A DNA stretch of 64,000 nucleotides, from positions 8,894 through 72,893 of IMG/VR virus record IMGVR_UViG_3300037247_001118. One strand, given 5' to 3'. Within the stretch, counting starts at the first letter, position 1. The number at the start of each line of letters is the position of its first letter. The notes beneath the pieces are model-generated. The model saw only the letters and a program-made list of their open reading frames with translations. It was not told the DNA's origin and made no database searches. The translations under genes and the position numbers were made by a program. Source of the stretch: a virus. Positions 56,991 through 64,000 of this stretch are shown piece by piece.

Positions 56991-57448
56991 CCAGACAAGC
57001 AACACCGAAGGCGATTGAGGCGTACCGCGAGAAGCTGCTGACGAACCCGGTGACGTTCGGCGCACGGCTGCGCGCGGTGCGGGAGGACTTGCGGGCGCGG
57101 TCCGAGGTCCTGTTCATTGACCGGGACCTGACCGCCGACGACAAGGCGGTGGACGAGGAGGGGCGGACGGCGGAGTTCGAGCGCATTGACGAGCAGATTC
57201 TCCGCGTCGGCGCGCGCATCGATGACCTCGACCAGCAGATCGAGGCGCACAACAAGGCACACCCGGACGCGGAGCTCGCGGCGAAGCTCATGGAGGCGCC
57301 ACCGCCCGGTGCCGCGATGAATAGGCAACATCGACGCGAGATAGGGCAACAGCGTGCGCGGGCTGCTGCGAAGGCGGAGAAGGCGCCGGCGGCGGAGGAT
57401 GTTCCGGCCGAGGAGCCGACCGCTGAGGAGACGCCGAAGGCGGAATAG
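56987..57448 (+). CDS. Coiled-coil hypothetical protein
   Basis: 153 aa; ATGA overlap. Confidence 0.65.
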   Translation: MTRQATPKAIEAYREKLLTNPVTFGARLRAVREDLRARSEVLFIDRDLTADDKAVDEEGRTAEFERIDEQILRVGARIDDLDQQIEAHNKAHPDAELAAKLMEAPPPGAAMNRQHRREIGQQRARAAAKAEKAPAAEDVPAEEPTAEETPKAE

Positions 57449-57546
57449 ACGATGCCGCTCCGCGAAACGATGACCGAGCTGGTCCCGACCGTGCTCGCGC
57501 TGAGCATGTGGATCACGGGCTGGCGCCTGGTGTGGAGGGCGCTGCG

Positions 57547-57831
57547 ATGACGGCACAAGCCAACCAGGTGTGGGATATCCGCTACGTCTACGGCGGTCGG
57601 CAGCGGGGCTTCTGTTGGGAGATTTTCTGCCGGCTGCACGACGAGGTTGACGGCATTTGCCCTCACCCTGAAGAAGCTATCGAGCACGCCGAGTATCTGA
57701 ACGAACAGGAGCGCGGTCCTCAGATGCGCACCCGTCGGGCAACCAATTCGTGGACGGACGAGTCTTGGCAGGTCGTGGAACACTGGGAGCACACGCCGCG
57801 CCCCGGGCATCCCGCCGGATGGCAGCAGTGA
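57547..57831 (+). CDS. Hypothetical protein
   Basis: GGAGG RBS; packed against the next gene. Confidence 0.5.
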   Translation: MTAQANQVWDIRYVYGGRQRGFCWEIFCRLHDEVDGICPHPEEAIEHAEYLNEQERGPQMRTRRATNSWTDESWQVVEHWEHTPRPGHPAGWQQ

Positions 57832-58112
57832 TGATCGACCTCATCCGCGCCAACGCCGACGCCATCCTCGCCGCGGCGTCCATCGTGTTCGCCGTGGCGT
57901 TCCTGCCGCAGGTGTACCATCAAGCGAAGGCGCGCGCCTGCACGGTGCCGCTGATGACGTCGGTGCCGTACATGGGGGCGACTTGCGTTATGGGCGTCGT
58001 CTTTGCTACGCTTAACATGTGGCTGACAGCCGGAATCGACGTTCTGATGGTGGCCCTATGGCTGGTAGTGATCCGGCAGCGCATCACCTACGGAGACGGC
58101 AGTACCCAGTAG
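57831..58112 (+). CDS. PQ-loop/SemiSWEET-like three-helix membrane protein
   Basis: AFLPQV followed by hydrophobic helices. Confidence 0.6.
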   Translation: MIDLIRANADAILAAASIVFAVAFLPQVYHQAKARACTVPLMTSVPYMGATCVMGVVFATLNMWLTAGIDVLMVALWLVVIRQRITYGDGSTQ

Positions 58113-58127
58113 GAGGACACCTCCCTC

Positions 58128-59441
58128 ATGCAGAACACCATCCCTCCGGAAGCCTGGGAAGAGGTCAAGCGCCTACTCGCCGAGGGGCTCAATCCGCGGC
58201 AGGTGGCGGAGATCGTCAAGCCTAAGTATGGTGGCCCGGCTCGGCCCACAATTGGGCACTACATCGCAGAGCACCCTGAGCTTCGCAAGATATCCCCCGA
58301 CGACGTAGCACAGGCCAAGGAAGTGACGCCTCCGCCCGGTCCGGCGCAGTGGGACGAGGCGGAGTGGGGCCGACGGTCGACGGCGTTCCTGGACGACTAC
58401 GTGCCACTGCCACAGGTGCCCACACACATCGCGGCGGTGCGGAAGGAGGAGATGGGCTTCGACACCGTGCAGAAGGCCATCTCGCTCTTCTCCGACCTTC
58501 ACCGCGGATCCGAGATCGACATACGTGTGTCCGGCGGCCTGGCCGAATACTCGACCGAGATTGCCCGGCGCCGCCTGACCCGCTGGCGGGACACGCTACT
58601 GCGCTTTACGCAGATGAACCAGCTTGCCGTCACCGTCAACGATCTGGTGATGTTCGCTCTCGGGGATGACCTTGAGGGCCACGGCAAGATGTTCGGCACA
58701 CAAGCATTCCAGATGGACCAGACCGCCTTCTTCCAGTACATGGGCTTCGTCATGGACATGGAGGAGATCATCCTGTCGCTCTTAGCCCGGTTCGAGACGG
58801 TGACAATCTTCAAAGTGTACGGCAACCACGGGCGCATCGCTACGGGTTGGAAGGACTGGTATGGGCCCGACAATATGGAGCTGATGGCCTGGGAGCATAT
58901 CGGGGACCGCCTCCGCGCTAGCGTCGGTGGGGAATGGTCGTGGTCGAAGAATGGAGCCCACCTGCTGACCGGCGGCCGTGTCAATCTCTGCATCAGCCGG
59001 TCCTGGTTCGTGATGGTAGACATCGACGGCTGGCTCTTCTATGGTCGGCACGGTCACGGGATCGGTGATCTGCGCAGAACCTACACCGGGGCATTTGACA
59101 ACAAACTCCGCATGAACTCCATCGTGGGGCGCGTCATCAACTACATGGTCAAGGCACACCTGCATGAGGCGCAATCGGCGGAGTCTGAGATCGCTGGCAG
59201 TATCATCCAGAACGGGTGCTTCTCTGGCCCGTCGCTGCAAGTCTTGGAGCGGAACGCGGCGGCTGCTACGCTCCCGTCGCAGGAGTTCTACCTCCTGCAC
59301 CCGAAATACGGGCTGACTCACCACCACCGCATCCACCTAGCGACGGCCGACGAGCTGCGCCAGTTCGAGATCTTCCAGGCAGGGGACGGGGAGCTGATGA
59401 CGCCGGAGCGGGGGCTACCGCCCGGGGAGGACGCACCATGA
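58128..59441 (+). CDS. HTH + calcineurin-like metallophosphoesterase
   Basis: FSDLH, LGDDLEG, YGNHG, HGH, AHLH. Confidence 0.85.
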   Translation: MQNTIPPEAWEEVKRLLAEGLNPRQVAEIVKPKYGGPARPTIGHYIAEHPELRKISPDDVAQAKEVTPPPGPAQWDEAEWGRRSTAFLDDYVPLPQVPTHIAAVRKEEMGFDTVQKAISLFSDLHRGSEIDIRVSGGLAEYSTEIARRRLTRWRDTLLRFTQMNQLAVTVNDLVMFALGDDLEGHGKMFGTQAFQMDQTAFFQYMGFVMDMEEIILSLLARFETVTIFKVYGNHGRIATGWKDWYGPDNMELMAWEHIGDRLRASVGGEWSWSKNGAHLLTGGRVNLCISRSWFVMVDIDGWLFYGRHGHGIGDLRRTYTGAFDNKLRMNSIVGRVINYMVKAHLHEAQSAESEIAGSIIQNGCFSGPSLQVLERNAAAATLPSQEFYLLHPKYGLTHHHRIHLATADELRQFEIFQAGDGELMTPERGLPPGEDAP

Positions 59442-60022
59442 GCCGACCAACAACAGTACGCAAGCACCTGACCGACCACAGCGCGGCGGCAGTTATGCGG
59501 TGGCACAACACGCTGACGCTGAAGACCGAGTCGATAGCGGAGCACCAGTTCTTCGTCGCCGAGTCCGCGTCGCTGATCTGCCAACTGCTCAAGCACTACG
59601 GGATTGCCGAGCCCAACGAGCTCGACGCCGTGACGATGGCGCGGATGCATGACAAGGCGGAGACGGAGGTCGGTGACATCGTCGGCAAGGCGAAGCGGCA
59701 GTACAGCGACCTGGCGACAGCAGCTCGGCAGGCAGAGATAGCCGCCGTCCTTCACCACATATTCGAGGGGCTGCCACAGGCTGTGGCAAAGCACTACCAG
59801 AATCTGATGTGCCGTGCGCTGCTCCCGTCCAAGGTCGAGACCGACCTAGAAGCCCAGATCGTCCTCTACTGCGACCGCCTAGCGGCCTACACCTTCGCCT
59901 GCCAGGAGACGCACCTGGGCAACTCCGGGTTGAAGCGACTGGTCGATGCGTGCTACCAGGAGCTCCAGGAGCTGGCCTGGCCGTGGCTGGTAGAGCTACG
60001 CAAGGCGGCGGACGTGATCTAG
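59438..60022 (+). CDS. HD-domain 5'-deoxynucleotidase (YfbR-like)
   Basis: VMRW...ESIAEH.F...MHD.AE..VGDI...K, CDRL. Confidence 0.85.
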   Translation: MSRPTTVRKHLTDHSAAAVMRWHNTLTLKTESIAEHQFFVAESASLICQLLKHYGIAEPNELDAVTMARMHDKAETEVGDIVGKAKRQYSDLATAARQAEIAAVLHHIFEGLPQAVAKHYQNLMCRALLPSKVETDLEAQIVLYCDRLAAYTFACQETHLGNSGLKRLVDACYQELQELAWPWLVELRKAADVI

Positions 60023-60046
60023 GCCTCTGGCTCCGGGCCTCTCTGC

Positions 60047-60075
60047 TTGACACCTACCTGGAACTATGTTACCCT
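60047..60075 (+). promoter_or_regulatory. Promoter for putative small RNA 1
   Basis: TTGACA-17-TACCCT with extended TG. Confidence 0.6.
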
Positions 60076-60081
60076 AGTAAC

Positions 60082-60213
60082 AGTCGCCGGTGGGGTGCGC
60101 TTTGACACCCCTGATGGAGTAGCTGCAATACTATTCGCCCGACTTTATGACCTCCTCAGTCGTTTCGATGGCTGAGAGCGAAGAGCCGCCAACTCGAATC
60201 CGGCGGCTTTTCC
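60082..60213 (+). ncRNA. Putative structured small RNA 1
   Basis: Three-way junction (AGTCG/CGACT, GGGGTG/CACCCC, GAGTAG/CTATTC), UUCG hairpin at 60155-60176, terminator GCCGCC/GGCGGC-TTTT; no credible ORF. Confidence 0.55.
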
Positions 60214-60215
60214 AT

Positions 60216-60244
60216 TTGACAATGCGGCGGCGGTGCGCTATCGT
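60216..60244 (+). promoter_or_regulatory. Promoter for putative small RNA 2
   Basis: TTGACA-17-TATCGT. Confidence 0.6.
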
Positions 60245-60250
60245 GAACAC

Positions 60251-60436
60251 GAAGGTTTGAGCCGTTGATCCGGTCTAGCTAACCGGGGAGGCTCGCCTTC
60301 ACGCCACCCCAGGAGTGGTCGCAAGGCAACCCTGGGTTAACGGGGTGACCACTGGCGGGACCCCCTGTTGCTGACCGCCCCAGTCGTTTCGATGGCTGAG
60401 CGCGAAAAGCCCCCACTGCGGTCCGGGGGCGTTTCT
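60251..60436 (+). ncRNA. Putative structured small RNA 2
   Basis: Hairpin GAAGG-GAGCC-CCGGT/ACCGG-GGCTC-CCTTC, hairpin CCCAGG..GCAA..CCTGGG, the same UUCG hairpin as RNA 1, and a terminator-like GCCCCC/GGGGGC stem. Confidence 0.55.
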
Positions 60437-60450
60437 ATCTCCCGCACCGC

Positions 60451-60479
60451 TTGACATCACTAGCCTGCCGCCGTATGCT
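60451..60479 (+). promoter_or_regulatory. Promoter for the portal operon
   Basis: TTGACA-17-TATGCT. Confidence 0.7.
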
Positions 60480-60516
60480 GAATGGGGTAATGATGCCTGT
60501 AGGAGGGTGAGCAGCC

Positions 60517-62727
60517 GTGCCCCGAAAGAAGAAGTCCCCCGACCAGACGCCGAAGGCCGCGGCATCCGTCGCCGGCGAGAAGCAGGTCGATCCGAAGACC
60601 ATCGAGAAGTCGGTTATTGAGACTCCCGAGTCGTCGGGGAAGGCGCCCTCGCCGTCACTCGACTCCTCACTGCTGTGGATGGTGGCGCAGGCAGGCGATG
60701 AGATTAGCCCGTGGGGGCTGCGGCCCAAGGTGCGCGACCGGCAGCTCCGCGACTTCTACCCCACAGAGTCGCTCTTCTCCTCCGCCCTAGGTGTGGTCAC
60801 CTCGCGTAACGCTGGCTTCAAGTGGACCATCGAAGGCTCGCCGCGCGTAGCGGCTCGCGTCCACCAGATCCTGGAGGACGCCGACAGCGGCCGGGGCTGG
60901 GTCAGCTTCATCTCGAAGCTCTCGGTGGACCTCTACACTCAGGACTACGGCGCCTTCATCGAGATCGTCCGCGAAGGCAACTCGCCGGAGGGCGCCCTGC
61001 TCGGCATCAACCCGCTCGACGCGGCGCGATGCTGGCCCACAGGCGACCCCGAGAAGCCTGTCATCTACGAAGATATCAAGGGCCAGTTTCACGAGCTCGA
61101 CTGGTGGAGCGTGGTGCAACTATTGGAGCTGCCGACGCCGCGCGAGCGGTCGTATGGCCTACAGGTATGTGCACTCTCGCGGTTGCTGCTCGCAGCGCAG
61201 ATCATGAAGAACATTGCCATCTACACGAAGGAGAAGACGGGCGGACGCAACGCGCAGTCGATACACCTCATTGCCGGTATCACCAATTCTCAGATCCAGG
61301 ACGCGCTGAGCCAGGTCAAGGGCGAGGCGGATGCGAAGGGCCTCCTACGGTTCCTCGGCCCGCTCCTTGTAGGCAGCGTAGATCCCAAAGCCAACATCGA
61401 TGTCAAGACCGTAGAGCTGACATCGCTTCCCGACAACTTCAATGCGGAGGTCGTCAACAAGATCTATGTCTCGCAGATGGCGATGGCGTTCTTCGCCGAC
61501 TACCAGGACTTCGCGCCGCTGCCCGGCGGTGGCCTCGGGACCTCGGCGCAGAGCGAGATGCTGCACCAGAAGGCGCGCGGCAAGGGCTCGGCCGTCTTCC
61601 GGAAGCTGATAGTCCAGGCGATGAACTATCGCATCTTGCCTTGCGTCACCGAGTTCCAGTTTGAGGAGCAGGACCCCGACGCCGATGAGCAGCAGGCGCG
61701 GATCAAGCTGCTCCGGGCCCAGGAGCGCGCGGCGCGCATTGTGTCCGGTGAGTTGTCGGAGGACGAGGCCAGGCAGTTGGCGATGGACGACGGCGACCTG
61801 CCCGAGGAACTCTTCGAGGCGGGCGGCGCAGAGGACGCGACAGACGAGCACAAGCTCCCGTCTGGGGAGAAGCCCGAGATGCCTGATGCGTCGGAGCATA
61901 CTGAAGAGGAGGGCGAGCAGCCGGAGGAGGGTGCGAAGGGTGAGCTAGAGGTCTCTCCACCCAGCGTCCCTTTTTCCTTCGTCGAGGCAGCGCTTGGGAG
62001 TAAGGAGCGCGCTGGCCCGTTCGAGGCTGATCGCAACAAGGCAGAGCGCAAGCTAAGGCTGGCGGTCGAGAAGGCCTTCCGCCGTATCTTCACCAACATC
62101 AAGAAGCGTCTGAGGCGCGAGAGCCGCAAGGAGGCTGCCTTCAAGGGTCGCTCCGATGTGCCCAACGACGAGGCGTTTTGGGGTGTGCAGAAGGCGGAGT
62201 TCATGAGTGCGCTAGGCGACCAGCCGCAAGAGCTCCTCCAGCAGGGCGTCCAGCAGGCGTCCGACCTAGGTCTCGCCGTCGGCTTCGATGTGGTCAACCA
62301 GCAGGTGCTCGATCTGTCGGCGACGTACACCGACCAATGGTGGGAGCAGCTCTCGGGCACGACACGGAGGCAAATGCGGACGGCGGTGCAGACCCACATC
62401 GAGGAGGGCACGCCGCTCAGGACGCTCGTCAAGGACCTGGAGCCGCTGTTCGGCAAGAAGCGCGCCAAGCTCATCGCGGCGACCGAGGTCACGCGGCTCT
62501 ATACAGAGGGCAACCGCGTGGCGTTTGAGGACTCCGGCGCTGTCGATCAGGTCAAGTGGCAGACCGTCAAGGACGCGGTCGTGGACCCGGACTGCGAAGC
62601 GTTGCAGGGGCAGCAGTGGCCGCTCGGGCAGAATCCCGTCTCGCCGCCGCTTCATCCCAATTGCCGCTGCTGGCTGGCGCCGGTGGTTGACGAGAAGCCG
62701 CTGACTCGTAAGGTGCAGGCGCCGTGA
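60517..62727 (+). CDS. Portal protein fused to a MuF/SPP1 gp7-like head morphogenesis domain
   Basis: N-terminal portal-like region (DLYTQDYGAFIEI); acidic linker; RAKLIAATEVTR...W.T..D...C...PPLHPNCRC. Confidence 0.8.
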   Translation: MPRKKKSPDQTPKAAASVAGEKQVDPKTIEKSVIETPESSGKAPSPSLDSSLLWMVAQAGDEISPWGLRPKVRDRQLRDFYPTESLFSSALGVVTSRNAGFKWTIEGSPRVAARVHQILEDADSGRGWVSFISKLSVDLYTQDYGAFIEIVREGNSPEGALLGINPLDAARCWPTGDPEKPVIYEDIKGQFHELDWWSVVQLLELPTPRERSYGLQVCALSRLLLAAQIMKNIAIYTKEKTGGRNAQSIHLIAGITNSQIQDALSQVKGEADAKGLLRFLGPLLVGSVDPKANIDVKTVELTSLPDNFNAEVVNKIYVSQMAMAFFADYQDFAPLPGGGLGTSAQSEMLHQKARGKGSAVFRKLIVQAMNYRILPCVTEFQFEEQDPDADEQQARIKLLRAQERAARIVSGELSEDEARQLAMDDGDLPEELFEAGGAEDATDEHKLPSGEKPEMPDASEHTEEEGEQPEEGAKGELEVSPPSVPFSFVEAALGSKERAGPFEADRNKAERKLRLAVEKAFRRIFTNIKKRLRRESRKEAAFKGRSDVPNDEAFWGVQKAEFMSALGDQPQELLQQGVQQASDLGLAVGFDVVNQQVLDLSATYTDQWWEQLSGTTRRQMRTAVQTHIEEGTPLRTLVKDLEPLFGKKRAKLIAATEVTRLYTEGNRVAFEDSGAVDQVKWQTVKDAVVDPDCEALQGQQWPLGQNPVSPPLHPNCRCWLAPVVDEKPLTRKVQAP

Positions 62728-63107
62728 AGCTCGTAGCGATCACACCGAAAGGTAAAGGCTTCCAGCCGAAGCGGTCGAAGATCGGCGTGGCGCTGCTGCG
62801 CATCGGTCGCGCGACGCAGGGGAGAGCCGCGGACTATCCCGCGCCGCGAACACCCTACCGACGCCAAGGTACACTTGGGCGGAGTTGGACAGTCCGCGGC
62901 CCCGTTGTGGATCAGGGCGCTTTCGCTGTCATTACCGGAACTCAGGTGACATACGCCAAGTACGTCAAGGGCCTCAAGAAGAAGGATCCGAAGCAGCGCA
63001 AGCTCTTCAAGCGGCTGGGCTGGGCGTCCATTGTGGACGACGCGGAGGCGTCCTTCAAGGCGCACAAGGGAGGGCTCATCCGAGCGATCCAGGACAAAGC
63101 AGTGTAG
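62724..63107 (+). CDS. HK97 gp10-like head/neck protein
   Basis: YRRQGTLGRSW...GTQVTYAKYV. Confidence 0.65.
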   Translation: MKLVAITPKGKGFQPKRSKIGVALLRIGRATQGRAADYPAPRTPYRRQGTLGRSWTVRGPVVDQGAFAVITGTQVTYAKYVKGLKKKDPKQRKLFKRLGWASIVDDAEASFKAHKGGLIRAIQDKAV

Positions 63108-63189
63108 ACCTCGGTGTGTCGGGAGGAGCTGGGCCCGCTTTCTCCTCCTGTGACCCCCAGGGCCACTCCTCACCGGCACGCCGAGGTCT
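63106..63189 (+). ncRNA. Long intergenic hairpin with an anti-SD-like loop
   Basis: 17-bp, 6-bp and 5-bp stems; G-U pairs favour the + strand; loop GCTTTCTCCTCCTGTGACCCCCA. Confidence 0.5.
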
Positions 63190-63196
63190 GGACTGC

Positions 63197-63226
63197 TTGA
63201 CAAGGTTTCGCCGAACCCCCTATACT
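63197..63226 (+). promoter_or_regulatory. Promoter for the protease/capsid operon
   Basis: TTGACA-18-TATACT. Confidence 0.65.
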
Positions 63227-63268
63227 GAAACTACAGGAGTGCGGAAGCGGGCCGGAGAGCATCCGGCA

Positions 63269-64000
63269 ATGCCGTACACTGGCCACGACGATCCCAAGTT
63301 GCCGCCCCGCATCAAGGCGATGCCCATCGCTGCGCGGCGGAAGTTTGTCAAAGTCTTCAACGCGTTCTTCAAGAACTGCCGCAGCCCCAAGATCGGGGGT
63401 GTCGGCTCTGTGGAGAAGTGCGAGGGCGCGGCCATGAAGGTCGCCAACTCGGCGGTGAAGACGAAGGAGGTATACATGGACCCAACCGACGAGTCCGTTA
63501 CGCCTGCGCCCGATGACGAGTCCACGGAGGATGGCGAGAAGTGCAGCGACGCGGCGCCGATGTATGAGAAGCCTGTCTACTTCGGCGGGGCGATCAGCTT
63601 CGATGACGTTGACACGTACCGCGAGGCGCAGAACTTTGACCAGAACATCGAAAGCCAGAAATGGACCTTCGACGAAATCTTCCGCAACATCATGGCACAG
63701 GACACGGAAGACGTGTCGCTGGAGCAGAAGCTCTCACAGGTCAAGTCCGCCGTCGATGAGTTCGCCACCCGGTCGGAGGACCCGCCCGAGCACTGCAAGG
63801 AGGCCGGCGGCCTGGTCGGCAGGGCGGTCGACGCTGCCAAGCGCCTACTTAGCGGCGACAAGGATGCCGCGCCTGAGCGTATCGGCTACGCCGAGTTCGG
63901 TGACGGCGGCAGCTTCGTCATCACGCGGGACAAGGAGACGGGCGCCCTGCGGTGGACGGCCTTCGTTACCAACAAGTTCAAGGACCGCGACGGAGAGATA
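63269..64000 (+). CDS. ChaB-like domain fused to a putative prohead protease (truncated by the window end)
   Basis: MPY....LPPRIKAMP..ARRKFVKVFN; frame open to the window end at RWTAFVTNKFKDRDGEI. Confidence 0.65.
   Translation, partial: MPYTGHDDPKLPPRIKAMPIAARRKFVKVFNAFFKNCRSPKIGGVGSVEKCEGAAMKVANSAVKTKEVYMDPTDESVTPAPDDESTEDGEKCSDAAPMYEKPVYFGGAISFDDVDTYREAQNFDQNIESQKWTFDEIFRNIMAQDTEDVSLEQKLSQVKSAVDEFATRSEDPPEHCKEAGGLVGRAVDAAKRLLSGDKDAAPERIGYAEFGDGGSFVITRDKETGALRWTAFVTNKFKDRDGEI

Larger units (their letters stand above)
1..64000 (+). mobile_element. Tailed dsDNA bacteriophage genome segment (siphovirus-like)
   Basis: Terminase, portal, tape measure, tail, primase, PolA and endolysin genes, tightly packed on one strand. 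No tail sheath, integrase or host housekeeping genes seen. Confidence 0.95.

Noticed and set aside
59438-60022. Z-genome (DatZ/PurZ) pathway
   Set aside because: An HD hydrolase alone is insufficient, and no purZ-like gene is in the window.
60148-60190. HDV-like or hammerhead ribozyme in the repeated RNA module
   Set aside because: GAC-CTCCTCA-GTC and GCGAA are suggestive, but I could not find P1/P2 partners or an intact CUGANGA...GAAA core.
60251-60300. tRNA (5-bp stem with a 7-nt loop)
   Set aside because: No D arm, T arm (GTTCRA) or acceptor stem.
1-64000. Integrase, reverse transcriptase (DGR/retron) or stop-codon reassignment
   Set aside because: No such motifs were seen, and conserved genes are full length under the standard code with TAG, TGA and TAA all used as stops.

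Overview
The whole window is a segment of a GC-rich, tailed dsDNA phage genome, probably siphovirus-like. Every credible gene is on the + strand and no integrase is present. Order: sulfotransferase and triple glycosyltransferase; head-tail and tail genes (propeller-fused tail tube candidate, chaperone with a likely +1 frameshift, tape measure, hub, fibres, a collagen-like protein next to a methyltransferase-GT2-TPR enzyme); replication and recombination (beta-clamp-like protein, SNF2 helicase, UDG-PolA fusion, PD-(D/E)XK nuclease, Sak4-like ATPase, SSB, VRR-NUC, primase-helicase, likely origin); a GH25 endolysin; many small accessory genes; and dispersed terS, terL, portal-MuF and ChaB/prohead-protease genes. 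Four DNA methyltransferases are present. Most notable observations: (1) an HNH-type nuclease gene with its own promoter sits in another frame inside a methyltransferase gene whose frame stays open; (2) two tandem promoter-driven structured RNAs share a conserved 3' module just before the portal gene; (3) a long hairpin displays the exact complement of the AGGAGGAGA ribosome-binding site used by many early/accessory genes; (4) a two-frame (M.EcoHK31I-type) C5 methyltransferase; (5) a probable virion glycosylation/sulfation system; (6) a TGATTAA operator-like motif in at least 8 sigma70-type promoters. All family assignments come from reading motifs by eye; no database search was run.
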